A stretch of DNA of 64,000 nucleotides from Candidatus Levyibacteriota bacterium (GTDB lineage: Bacteria; Patescibacteriota; Microgenomatia; Levybacterales; UBA12049), in contig JACOXT010000003.1 in NCBI GenBank assembly GCA_016182235.1, positions 194,209 to 258,208 on the forward strand, written 5' to 3'. The translations under genes and the position numbers were made by a program. The notes under the pieces were generated by a model. The model was not told the origin of the DNA. It ran no database searches and worked only from the letters and a program-made list of their open reading frames with translations. This document shows positions 44,230 to 52,737 of the stretch, piece after piece (position 1 is the first letter of the stretch; every line of letters starts with the position of its first letter).

Positions 44230-44583
44230 TTATCTTTTTTCCCTGAGGTACTTCTCTTCAATTTTTCTTAGTTTATCTCCTACGGCACGGTCTACATCAA
44301 CGCCCGCGGCGATCGCCAATTGCATCGCAGTAATAATAACATCCGCGAACTCTTCATACATGTTTCTCCGGTCAAACTTTTGCAGTTTTGCCCGCCTTTG
44401 AAGCTTGAGTATTGAGAGTATATCGTTACATAATTCTCCAACTTCTTCATTTAGTTTTACTGTTTTTGTTAGGATTTCTTTTTCGGTTTGGGAATAAAGT
44501 TTATATTGCGGCCGAGTTACTTGGTTTAATATTTTTATTTTTTCCTGAAGATTCTTTAAGTTCATGCAGTTATTATAATACAA
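44230..44583 (-). CDS. MazG-like nucleotide pyrophosphohydrolase
   Basis: 'KLNEEVGELCNDIL' and 'EEFADVIITAMQLA' are the EExxE and ExxAD helices. Confidence 0.7.
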   Translation of the reverse strand: MYYNNCMNLKNLQEKIKILNQVTRPQYKLYSQTEKEILTKTVKLNEEVGELCNDILSILKLQRRAKLQKFDRRNMYEEFADVIITAMQLAIAAGVDVDRAVGDKLRKIEEKYLREKR

Positions 44584-45343
44584 AAAAAGCGAAAATTACA
44601 GCCAAGACAATTCTATATATCCCAAAAGGAATAAAGGTATGATTCTTAATAAATGCGAGAAAAAATTTCATAGACAAAATGGCAACAAAGAAAGATCCGA
44701 TAAGCCCAATTACCAAGAGAGAATATTCATATGCTGAAAAAGAAAAATCACTTTTCACAATATCCAGCCCTGCGGCTGCAAGGAGAGTTGGACTCGCAAT
44801 CAAAAAGGAGAATTCCACCGCTACCTTTCTTTTTGCTCCTAAAAATAATGCTCCCATAATTGTTGACGCTGCACGCGAAACTCCGGGAATAATTGCTATC
44901 GACTGACAACAGCCAATAAGGAATGACTGGGTGAGAGTCAGTTGTTCGATCTTATCCACATGGTGTTTTTTCTCTTTATAAATGAACTCAAGGATAATAA
45001 GCAAAATTCCCCCAACAAATAATGAGATTAGAGTTAGGATAGTGTTGCCTATTAAATAGCTTTTTATAAATTTAAAAAGCACTAAGCCAAAAAATGCTGT
45101 GGGCATTAATGCAACCAACATTTGCTTCCAAATAGTATTTCTTACAAAAAGTCTTCTCCAGTACAAAAAAACAACTCCTGCTATCGCGCCCAGTTGAATA
45201 ATAATTTCAAAGCTTTTTACGAAGTCTGTTTGTTGTATTTTTAATATTGTTGAAGTAAGAATCAAGTGTCCGGTAGAAGAAATCGGAAGAAATTCTGTTA
45301 GACCTTCTACAATAGATAAGATAGTAGCTTGGAGATAGTCCAC
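44573..45343 (-). CDS. uppP: undecaprenyl-diphosphate phosphatase
   Basis: 'VEGLTEFLPISSTGHL' and 'PGVSRAASTI' are present. The protein is polytopic. Confidence 0.93.
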   Translation of the reverse strand: MDYLQATILSIVEGLTEFLPISSTGHLILTSTILKIQQTDFVKSFEIIIQLGAIAGVVFLYWRRLFVRNTIWKQMLVALMPTAFFGLVLFKFIKSYLIGNTILTLISLFVGGILLIILEFIYKEKKHHVDKIEQLTLTQSFLIGCCQSIAIIPGVSRAASTIMGALFLGAKRKVAVEFSFLIASPTLLAAAGLDIVKSDFSFSAYEYSLLVIGLIGSFFVAILSMKFFLAFIKNHTFIPFGIYRIVLAVIFAFFVL

Positions 45344-45394
45344 AAAATAATTATAACATTAATTTCATAAATCGATCTATGCTACAATAGCTTC

Positions 45395-45784
45395 ATGGAT
45401 AACGAAAATGGAGTCCAGAAGACATGGAATAAAAAAAGAATTTTTATAGCGATTTTTTTAATAATATTATTAGGAATTGGAACATATTTTTTAATAACAA
45501 AAATTTTGGAAGGAAAAATAAATTTTTTTAACGCAAAGCCTTCTGAGTCTCCAAAGTCTGTTAAGGGAATAAGCGTTGTGGAGGACAAACCCTCTTTTGA
45601 TATAGAGAAGGCACTTAAAGAAAAAATTGACGAGTTGAAAAAGGAGGCATCAAAAATAGATGTCGAGGAAATAGCATCATCTTCTCCTCAGATACAAAAA
45701 TTGATAAAAGATCTTAATTCTCTTAAAGAGTATCCGACTAATCAGGCAAAGGAGATTTGTCAGAAGGTCTGTAGCGGTTTATAA
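45395..45784 (+). CDS. hypothetical membrane-anchored protein
   Basis: 129 aa with one TM. No motif recognised. Confidence 0.5.
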   Translation: MDNENGVQKTWNKKRIFIAIFLIILLGIGTYFLITKILEGKINFFNAKPSESPKSVKGISVVEDKPSFDIEKALKEKIDELKKEASKIDVEEIASSSPQIQKLIKDLNSLKEYPTNQAKEICQKVCSGL

Positions 45785-45794
45785 TTGTGAACTT

Positions 45795-46799
45795 ATGGAA
45801 GAATTGAAAGATAGAGTCGATAAGTTGTTGGAAAAGTTTGACATAGACAAGAAAAAACAAGAGATAAGAGCAATTGAGGCTGAAAGCTTGAAGCCTAATT
45901 TTTGGCAGGATCATAAGAATGCCTCAACGAAAATGAAAGAGCTTTCGGATCTTCAGTCAGAAGTCTCTAAGGCACAAGAGCTGCAAAGTTTAGTAGCCAG
46001 TGGTGAGTTTGACAATGCGCAAGAGCTATTGGAAGAACTTGAAGTTTTTCTTTACTTATCAGGAGATTATGATAAGAGTTCTGCAATTTTATCCATTCAT
46101 GCAGGCCAAGGAGGAGTTGAGGCAATGGATTGGACGAGCATGCTTTTTCGGATGTATACAAGATATTTTGAGAGAAAAGGATTTGAGTTTGAGATAATTG
46201 ATCAAACATTTGGTGAGGAGGCAGGATATAAAAGTGTGACAGCCTCAGTTAATGGAAAATATGCCTATGGATACCTTAAGCACGAGGCGGGTGTGCATCG
46301 TTTGGTTCGGCAATCTCCATTTAATGCCGACAATCTACGTCAGACATCTTTTGCTTTGGTTGAAGTTCTGCCTGAAATTGTTGACGCAACAGAATTTGAA
46401 ATTAGAGAAGATGATCTCGAGTGGGATTTTTTTAGGGCAGGCGGCCATGGAGGACAGAATGTCAACAAAGTTTCAACAGCAGTGCGCCTTAAACACAAAC
46501 CAACTGGCATTATCGTTACAGCGCAATCTGAGAGATTTCAGGGGCAAAATAGGGAGTATGCGTTAAAAATTCTACGCGCGAAACTCTGGGCGAGGAAGGA
46601 AGAAGAACGGAAAAAAGAAGAGCAAAAATTAAAAGGAGGCTACAAAACTCCGGGCTGGGGTAATCAAATCCGCTCCTATGTTTTACACCCTTACCATATG
46701 GTAAAAGATCTGCGAACCAACTTCGAAACTTCCAACACCGAGGCGGTTTTGAATGGAGAGTTGGATGGATTCATTGATGAAGAGTTGAGGAAATTATGA
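45795..46799 (+). CDS. prfB: peptide chain release factor 2 (single continuous frame)
   Basis: '[15 protein letters not shown]' (SPF) and '[19 protein letters not shown]' (GGQ). The N-terminus is contiguous with no in-frame TGA. Confidence 0.93.
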   Translation: MEELKDRVDKLLEKFDIDKKKQEIRAIEAESLKPNFWQDHKNASTKMKELSDLQSEVSKAQELQSLVASGEFDNAQELLEELEVFLYLSGDYDKSSAILSIHAGQGGVEAMDWTSMLFRMYTRYFERKGFEFEIIDQTFGEEAGYKSVTASVNGKYAYGYLKHEAGVHRLVRQSPFNADNLRQTSFALVEVLPEIVDATEFEIREDDLEWDFFRAGGHGGQNVNKVSTAVRLKHKPTGIIVTAQSERFQGQNREYALKILRAKLWARKEEERKKEEQKLKGGYKTPGWGNQIRSYVLHPYHMVKDLRTNFETSNTEAVLNGELDGFIDEELRKL

Positions 46800-47265
46800 A
46801 AAAGGAATTAAATAAGAGAGCAAGAGAAATAATTGCAAAGATTTTATACATTACCATCGCCACTTCAACAAAAGATGGAATACCTTGGAATTCGCCTGTT
46901 TATTCAGCGTTTGACGAAAGTTACAATTTTTATTGGATATCATGGTTAGAGAATCAACACTCAAAAAATATTAAAGATAATAATCAAGTTTTTATTGTTA
47001 TTTATGACTCAACAGTTCCAGAAGGAATGGGCAAGGGTGTCTATATTCAAATCGCGAAAAAGAGATAGAACATGCCCTAAGTTATCTTGATGGAAGAGTC
47101 AGTAAAAAAGGACACCACAAAATTTCTCAGTTTATTGGTACTATGCCAAGACGAATTTATAAAGCAGTTCCTGAGAAAATTTGGGTAAATGATGAAGGAG
47201 GCATCAATGGAGAATATATTGATACAAGGGAAGAGATAGATTTAGCTCAACTTGTTAAAGTGTGA
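46796..47265 (+). pseudogene. pyridoxamine 5'-phosphate oxidase-like (PNPOx/FMN-binding split-barrel) gene interrupted by a frameshift
   Basis: Frame 1 ends at the TAG at 47066-47068 after 'GKGVYIQIAKKR'. The family-typical C-terminus 'EKEIEHALSYLDGR...RRIYKAVPEKIWVNDEGG...' continues in the -1 frame to the TGA at 47263-47265. The total span of 470 nt is 3n+2. Confidence 0.65.
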
Positions 47266-47271
47266 AATAAA

Positions 47272-47757
47272 ATGGTTAATTTAAGACAGGCAACAAAAAA
47301 AGACTTGCGAATTCTTTCCGAGATTTACACTATCGCCTATAATTCTATAGATATCGGAGAACGCTGGACTTCTAAAAGCGCTTACGAGCTAATAGAATTT
47401 CTCTATAATGATCAACCTGATTTATTCTTTGTTGCTGACGAGGAAGACAAAGTTGTGGGCGCAATTGTTGCTACTGTGAGGCCGTGGTGGGACGGGAACC
47501 ACTTAATAGAAGGAGAAATATTTGTCCATCCCAAACATCAAAAGAAAGGCATAGGAGTAAAATTGATCGAGAAGCTTTTTACTACGGCAAAAGAGAAATA
47601 TAGTGTTGTTTCTTGGGACACTTATACCCATAAAGTTTATAAAAATCCCTTAGCCTGGTACAAAAGTTTAGGATTTGAAGAGATTAAAAATTGGACTATG
47701 ATTACCGGCAACATTAGCAAAGTATTAAAGATCATTAAGAGAAATAAAACCTATTGA
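47272..47757 (+). CDS. GNAT family N-acetyltransferase
   Basis: 'FVHPKHQKKGIGVKLIEKL' is the acetyl-CoA binding loop. 161 aa. Confidence 0.8.
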   Translation: MVNLRQATKKDLRILSEIYTIAYNSIDIGERWTSKSAYELIEFLYNDQPDLFFVADEEDKVVGAIVATVRPWWDGNHLIEGEIFVHPKHQKKGIGVKLIEKLFTTAKEKYSVVSWDTYTHKVYKNPLAWYKSLGFEEIKNWTMITGNISKVLKIIKRNKTY

Positions 47758-47809
47758 TTTTTATTTTTGTGGGGTTGTCAAATGGGATGAAATGTGGTTT
47801 ACTTAAGAT

Positions 47810-48277
47810 ATGGATAAAAAGGCAGCTAATCCAAAAGCGCCAACTGAAGACACTCTAATGAAAACTGTTACTATGAATAGCTCTATTTTTACAAAAAAAT
47901 TACTAATTATTCTAGTATTAACGATTGTATTTGGGACAGTAACGGGATATATGTTGGCAAAAAGAGGAGGTAGTGAGACGCTAACTAGCGAAGAAGTGAG
48001 CTCTTCGTCCATATCTAAAGGGACCATTGTTGGGTCAGATGATACAAAGATATTTAAAGATATTACGGAAGGTGTTTTGAAAGGCGGAGGAATTAATGGC
48101 GAAGGACAATTTCATTTGGTTCGTCCCGGAGGAGATAGTCAGAATGTTTATCTTACATCCTCAGCAGTAGATCTATCTAAGTTTATTGCCAAAAAGATTA
48201 AGGTTTGGGGGGAAACGCAAAAAGCACAACACGCGGGGTGGCTAATGGATGTCGGCCGTGTTGAGGTTCTTGAGTAA
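47810..48277 (+). CDS. hypothetical membrane-anchored protein
   Basis: 155 aa with one TM ('LLIILVLTIVFGTVTGYML'). It lies directly upstream of ftsE. Confidence 0.5.
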   Translation: MDKKAANPKAPTEDTLMKTVTMNSSIFTKKLLIILVLTIVFGTVTGYMLAKRGGSETLTSEEVSSSSISKGTIVGSDDTKIFKDITEGVLKGGGINGEGQFHLVRPGGDSQNVYLTSSAVDLSKFIAKKIKVWGETQKAQHAGWLMDVGRVEVLE

Positions 48278-48278
48278 A

Positions 48279-48956
48279 ATGATAAAGCTTGAAAATGTTT
48301 CAAAAAGATTTCCAACCGGTATCTTTGCCCTTTCCGATGTCAGTTTTGAAGTCGCAAAAGGAGAGTTTGTATTATTGGTTGGTCCTACGGGCAGTGGCAA
48401 AACAACAATCTTTAGACTTTTGATTCGTGAAATTCTTCCAACTGGTGGTAAAATAATGGTTGACAATCTGGATATCGCGAAGCTTTCTCATGGGAAAATT
48501 GCAAATCTTAGAAAAAAAATAGGTGTGGTATTTCAGGATCTGAAACTCTTGATGGACAGAACTATATTTGAAAATATTGTACTTCCCCTTGAAGTCTCGG
48601 GAATAAAAACTTTGGATGCGATCAAAAGGGTAGATGACGTGATGGTAAAAGTAGGAATATTGGAGCAAAAAGATAAATTTCCAGTTCAACTTTCAGGAGG
48701 AGAGCTTCAAAGAACCGCAATCGCGCGCGCAATCGTGCTTAATCCTCCAATCCTTTTGGCAGACGAGCCTACTGGAGATTTAGATTCGGTAACCGCATCT
48801 GGAATTGTAAATCTTCTGTCTGAGATTAACGAGAAAGGTACGACCGTAGTTATGGCGACCCATAGTCAGGATATCATAAAATCGCTTCCGAAAAGAATAA
48901 TTTCTTTGGATAAAGGGCATTTAGTAACAGATGCTAAGAAAGAAGATAAAAAATGA
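48279..48956 (+). CDS. ftsE: cell-division ABC ATPase FtsE
   Basis: ATG at 48279 (MIKLENVSKRF). Walker A 'GPTGSGKTT', signature 'LSGGELQR' and Walker B 'LLADEPTG'. Confidence 0.9.
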   Translation: MIKLENVSKRFPTGIFALSDVSFEVAKGEFVLLVGPTGSGKTTIFRLLIREILPTGGKIMVDNLDIAKLSHGKIANLRKKIGVVFQDLKLLMDRTIFENIVLPLEVSGIKTLDAIKRVDDVMVKVGILEQKDKFPVQLSGGELQRTAIARAIVLNPPILLADEPTGDLDSVTASGIVNLLSEINEKGTTVVMATHSQDIIKSLPKRIISLDKGHLVTDAKKEDKK

Positions 48957-49822
48957 AAATCCTAAAAACAACATGGCACAATATTCGGCGTTCTCCCTAC
49001 CAGGCTTTTGCCGCAATTTTTATAATTCTTCAGACATTTTTTGTTATATCAATTTTTGCTTATGTAGTTGCGGGTTCGGCAAAAACCATCTCATATCTTG
49101 AGTCATTGCCGCAGGCTCATATATTTTTTAGGAATGATGCAGACCAGGAAGATATAGATTTACTTAAGAAAAAACTGGAGGAAACCGGAAAAGTTTCAGA
49201 AATAAAATTTACCTCGCAAGAGGAGGCTCTTAAAATATACATAGAGCGAACGAAGGACGAAGATCCGCTTCTTAGGGAATTGGTTACTGCCAGTACTCTT
49301 CCGACATCTTTTAGTATAACTGCCATAGATCCTGATTATTTAGCGGAAATTGTTGAAATGGTGAAGACATCACCTATTGTATATCAGACAGTTTTCTTGA
49401 AAGATGTTGTTTCCAAATTAGTAGATTGGACAGATGCGATAAGGAGAGTTGGAGTAATCCTTATTGCCTTTTTAGCGCTTGATTCAATTTTTATTATCGT
49501 TATAATAATCAACATCAAAATTTCACAAAAAAAGGAGGATATTAATATTATGAGGCTTATAGGCGCAGGCGGCTGGTATATTCGTTGGCCGTTTATCCTG
49601 GAGGGAGTATCTTACGGAATTATTGGGGCAGTTATCGGCTGGGCGTTATCCTTCGGAGCATTATGGTATAGCACTCCTTTATTAGTATCTTATTTTAAGG
49701 AAATCCCAATTTTTCCATTGTCTTGGGTCTTTTTAGCGGGATTACTTTTGGGAGAAGTATTACTGGCTATAGTTTTGGGAATACTCTCTAGTTTTCTAGC
49801 CGTATTTAGGTACCTTAAATAA
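48953..49822 (+). CDS. ftsX: cell-division permease-like protein FtsX
   Basis: It overlaps ftsE by 4 nt. One TM, then a periplasmic domain, then three C-terminal TMs. 'MRLIGAGGWYIRWPFILEG' is present. Confidence 0.85.
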   Translation: MKILKTTWHNIRRSPYQAFAAIFIILQTFFVISIFAYVVAGSAKTISYLESLPQAHIFFRNDADQEDIDLLKKKLEETGKVSEIKFTSQEEALKIYIERTKDEDPLLRELVTASTLPTSFSITAIDPDYLAEIVEMVKTSPIVYQTVFLKDVVSKLVDWTDAIRRVGVILIAFLALDSIFIIVIIINIKISQKKEDINIMRLIGAGGWYIRWPFILEGVSYGIIGAVIGWALSFGALWYSTPLLVSYFKEIPIFPLSWVFLAGLLLGEVLLAIVLGILSSFLAVFRYLK

Positions 49823-49833
49823 ATCTTGTATGT

Positions 49834-51009
49834 ATGTTGTTAACAAAGAAAATATTTGTAGCTGGTTTTTTTATAGCATTAATTTTAATAAGCATATTTG
49901 TATCTTTTAATTCCACTGTTTCTGCTCAGTCAGCCTCCGACTTACAAAAGACTATAGACGATCTAAAGGGTAAGATCTCAGATCTTCAGAGTCAAGCGAA
50001 AACTCTGTCTTCCCAAATTGCCATCATGGATAATCAAATAAAACTGACGGAAGCCAGAATTGAACAGAATAAAAAAGAGATAATAGATTTGACACTAGAT
50101 ATTGATACAGCGACAAAGAAAATTCATAACTTACAAGAATCGTTAGATGCTTTATCAGAAGTTCTACTTGCAAGAATAGTTGCTACTTATATATCCGGAA
50201 CGCTAGAGCCCTGGGAAGTAGTGCTTTCCTCAAGGAGTGCTTCAGATCTGTTGTTAAAATACAATTATCTTAAATCTGCCCAATCGCGCGATAAGAGGCT
50301 AATTTTTGAGGTGCAGCAGGCGAAGAATGACTACTCAAACCAAAAATTAATTTTTGAGGATAAGAAAAAAAAGATAGAAGCTCTCAAAATTCAGCTTGAG
50401 AGATATACCATTCAACTTTCTCAAGAAAAGAAAGATAAAAACGCGCTTCTTTTAGTTACGAGAAACGATGAAAAAATTTATCAGCAAAAACTCCAAGCGG
50501 CTTTAGCTGAGCAAGCTGCTATCGCGAAAATTACCGCTGGCGGAGGAGTTACGACTTTTGTTGGGAAAATCAAAGAAGGTGACGTAATAGGGTATGTGAT
50601 AAGCGGATCTTCAGCTTGTTCGTCTGGTGCTCATTTGCATTTTGAGCTATTTAAGGATAAGTCAATCCAAGATCCAAGTAGCTACCTTAGTAATAAGTCT
50701 GTAGATTTTAAAAATGAGCCAGATGGATCTTTCTCCTTTGGGGGATCTTGGAGATGGCCATTGAATGATCCGATACTTATTACGCAAGGATATGGTATGA
50801 CGCACTGGGCAAGACTTGGGTGGTATGGAGGAGGACCTCATACGGGGATAGATATATATTCAAGTTCGTCTTCATCTGTTTATTCTGTTAAAGAGGGAGA
50901 TTTATTTAAAGGAAGTATTGCATGTGGAGGAGGGCAGCTTCTATTTTCAAGAGTTGATCAAAGCGATGGCATTCAAACATTTTATTTACACATGATACCA
51001 GCTAATTAA
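49834..51009 (+). CDS. coiled-coil M23 peptidase (EnvC/PcsB-like FtsEX partner) with permuted motif order
   Basis: Signal/TM, about 200 aa of heptad repeats, then 'EGDVIGYVISGSSACSSGAHLHFELF' (HxH block, aa 248-273). This block precedes 'PHTGIDIY' (HxxxD, aa 335-342), and the protein ends at 'QTFYLHMIPAN'. Confidence 0.8.
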   Translation: MLLTKKIFVAGFFIALILISIFVSFNSTVSAQSASDLQKTIDDLKGKISDLQSQAKTLSSQIAIMDNQIKLTEARIEQNKKEIIDLTLDIDTATKKIHNLQESLDALSEVLLARIVATYISGTLEPWEVVLSSRSASDLLLKYNYLKSAQSRDKRLIFEVQQAKNDYSNQKLIFEDKKKKIEALKIQLERYTIQLSQEKKDKNALLLVTRNDEKIYQQKLQAALAEQAAIAKITAGGGVTTFVGKIKEGDVIGYVISGSSACSSGAHLHFELFKDKSIQDPSSYLSNKSVDFKNEPDGSFSFGGSWRWPLNDPILITQGYGMTHWARLGWYGGGPHTGIDIYSSSSSSVYSVKEGDLFKGSIACGGGQLLFSRVDQSDGIQTFYLHMIPAN

Positions 51010-51026
51010 ACATTTATTGAATTTGT

Positions 51027-51932
51027 TTGAAAAATATATTTTATTTTTCAGTCAGTTTGATTTTAGGAGTTTTTGTATTCTCGTTTTTTCATCCTCTTGC
51101 CTTCGCTGGAAATGTCGTCATAAATGAATTTTTAGTCGATCCAGATAATCAACAATGGGTAGAACTTTATAATAATGGGGCAGAAGTTGTTGATATTAGT
51201 GGGTGGATTATTGATGATGATGGTAGCATTACACAAAAATTTACAATACCAACTAATACAAGTATTAACACAGGAGAATTTAAGATTTTTGAAAGTAGCT
51301 TATTTAATTTAAATAGAACAACTCCAGACACAATTCAGTTAATCAAGGAATCTTCAATAGAAGATAGTTATTTTTACAGTATGGGTCCAGGAGTCAACAA
51401 TTCTTACGGAAGAGATTCGGATGGTAATGGTAATTGGGTGGTTTTTAATGCTCCTACTAAGGGTTCTACGAATAATACGTCAGTTCCAGTACCAACCTCA
51501 ACGCCAACGCTTACTCCAACTCTTGTTCCCACAAATACCCCAACGCCGCCAAGAACACCAACTCCGCCAAAGACACCAACGCCTATTAAAACCCCTACTC
51601 CAACAAAAACTCCAACACCATCACCTACTCCAAAAAACCCGACAAACACTTCAATTAAATCCTCAGCAACAATAAAACCAACTACTTTCTTTACATCCAT
51701 TATTCCTACATCGGTCTTGGGAGAAAGCACAAAAAGCGCAAATATCATTTCGCCAACCAATGAGATGAAAACTAAGATTTCACCTTCACCAAAAGAAACA
51801 ATAGTTCAAGGGACCAGTAAAAATGATTATTCAAAAATCCTGATTGGAGTTGGGGTTATATTTATTTTAGCTTGTGGTATACTTATTTTTCTTAATCACA
51901 AACGAAATAAAAAAGTTAGCGATCTACTCTAA
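51027..51932 (+). CDS. lamin-tail-domain (LTD) surface protein with Pro/Thr linker and C-terminal anchor
   Basis: TTG start. 'VVINEFLVDPDNQQWVELYNNGAEVVDISGWIIDD' is the LTD. A PT-rich spacer and a C-terminal TM 'ILIGVGVIFILACGILIFL' followed by basic residues are present. Confidence 0.75.
   Translation: MKNIFYFSVSLILGVFVFSFFHPLAFAGNVVINEFLVDPDNQQWVELYNNGAEVVDISGWIIDDDGSITQKFTIPTNTSINTGEFKIFESSLFNLNRTTPDTIQLIKESSIEDSYFYSMGPGVNNSYGRDSDGNGNWVVFNAPTKGSTNNTSVPVPTSTPTLTPTLVPTNTPTPPRTPTPPKTPTPIKTPTPTKTPTPSPTPKNPTNTSIKSSATIKPTTFFTSIIPTSVLGESTKSANIISPTNEMKTKISPSPKETIVQGTSKNDYSKILIGVGVIFILACGILIFLNHKRNKKVSDLL
51484..51650 (+). repeat. coding low-complexity tandem repeat (TPTP[PK]xTPTP)
   Basis: Degenerate ACNCCAAC(N)CC(N) periodicity encoding 'TPTLTPTLVPTNTPTPPRTPTPPKTPTPIKTPTPTKTPTPSPTPK'. 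Confidence 0.7.
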
Positions 51933-51943
51933 TAATTTAAATT

Positions 51944-52390
51944 ATGCTTTTTATCACAAAAAGTTCTGAAGAAACCAGAGAACTTGGGAAAGAGCTTGCA
52001 AAAAGTATTCAGAAGGCTCCAAGGCGTCGCCTTGGAGCCTTGATATTAGCTTTGTATGGAGAGCTGGGAAGCGGAAAAACAACTTTTGTTCAAGGAATGG
52101 CTAAGGGTCTTGGAATAGAAAGGAGAATTATTTCACCCACATTTGTAATTATTAGAAGTTATAAAGTAGATATTAAGCACTTTTACCATATTGACTTATA
52201 CAGGATTGATGGTAAAGAAAGTATTAAAGATTTGGGAATAGAGGAGATTATAAATAATCCAGAAAATATTGTGGCGATTGAGTGGGCAGAAAAAATGATA
52301 AGTTTTTTACCAAAGTCCAGGATTGATATCAAGTTTTTCTATGAGAATATCAGTAAGAGAAAAATTGAGATATCCTCTGTAGGCGAGTAA
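51944..52390 (+). CDS. tsaE: tRNA t6A biosynthesis ATPase TsaE
   Basis: 'LYGELGSGKTTFVQGMAKGLG', 'SPTF' and 'HIDLYR' are present. Confidence 0.9.
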   Translation: MLFITKSSEETRELGKELAKSIQKAPRRRLGALILALYGELGSGKTTFVQGMAKGLGIERRIISPTFVIIRSYKVDIKHFYHIDLYRIDGKESIKDLGIEEIINNPENIVAIEWAEKMISFLPKSRIDIKFFYENISKRKIEISSVGE

Positions 52391-52451
52391 TCTTCACATA
52401 TTATCGGATATAAAGAAATATCACAATAGGGAAGTATATATAAGCAAATGA

Positions 52452-52480
52452 TTGACTTAATAAATTGGTTGTGGTATATA
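52452..52480 (+). promoter_or_regulatory. sigma70-like promoter of the glycan locus (TTGACT-17-TATATA with TGn)
   Basis: TTGACT at 52452-52457, TGg at 52472-52474 and TATATA at 52475-52480. Confidence 0.55.
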
Positions 52481-52500
52481 TAATCGTTCATAACAGAACT

Positions 52501-52737
52501 ATGAGATATATGACTCAAACTAATTTCTTAACAGTTAAAGAGGTGTCAATACTCCTCAAGTTAAGCATGCTTACTATATATAAATATATTCGTGACAGAA
52601 AGCTTGAGGTAATACGGTTCGGTGGCCATTATAGGATTGAGAAACGGTCTCTGGATAAATTTATTGATAATCATCGAATTGGCGAAAGCACAAATACTTA
52701 TTCCACTAAGGAGGTTGACAAAGCAGATGAAATATAA
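52501..52737 (+). CDS. excisionase/MerR-type helix-turn-helix DNA-binding protein
   Basis: 'LTVKEVSILLKLSMLTIYKYIRDRKLEVIRFGGHYRIEKRSLDKFI' is the HTH_17-type domain. ATG at 52501 or 52510. Its stop overlaps the start of the giant ORF by 11 nt. Confidence 0.7.
   Translation: MRYMTQTNFLTVKEVSILLKLSMLTIYKYIRDRKLEVIRFGGHYRIEKRSLDKFIDNHRIGESTNTYSTKEVDKADEI

Noticed and set aside
51404-51760. Alternative-frame and antisense ORFs over the Pro/Thr repeat (51421..51675 on the plus strand, 51404..51760 on the minus strand).
   Set aside because: They are artefacts of the repetitive ACNCCN coding repeat of the LTD protein, and every frame stays open across it.
52622-52726. Upstream extension of the giant ORF (track start 52622), and similar extensions at 17878, 19534, 27355, 48249 and 58169.
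   Set aside because: Each extension overlaps the preceding gene or a leader RNA. Internal ATGs give family-typical N-termini (for example MKYKKVSIIVPVYNE, MIKLENVSKRF, MKRLLIATTNPGK).
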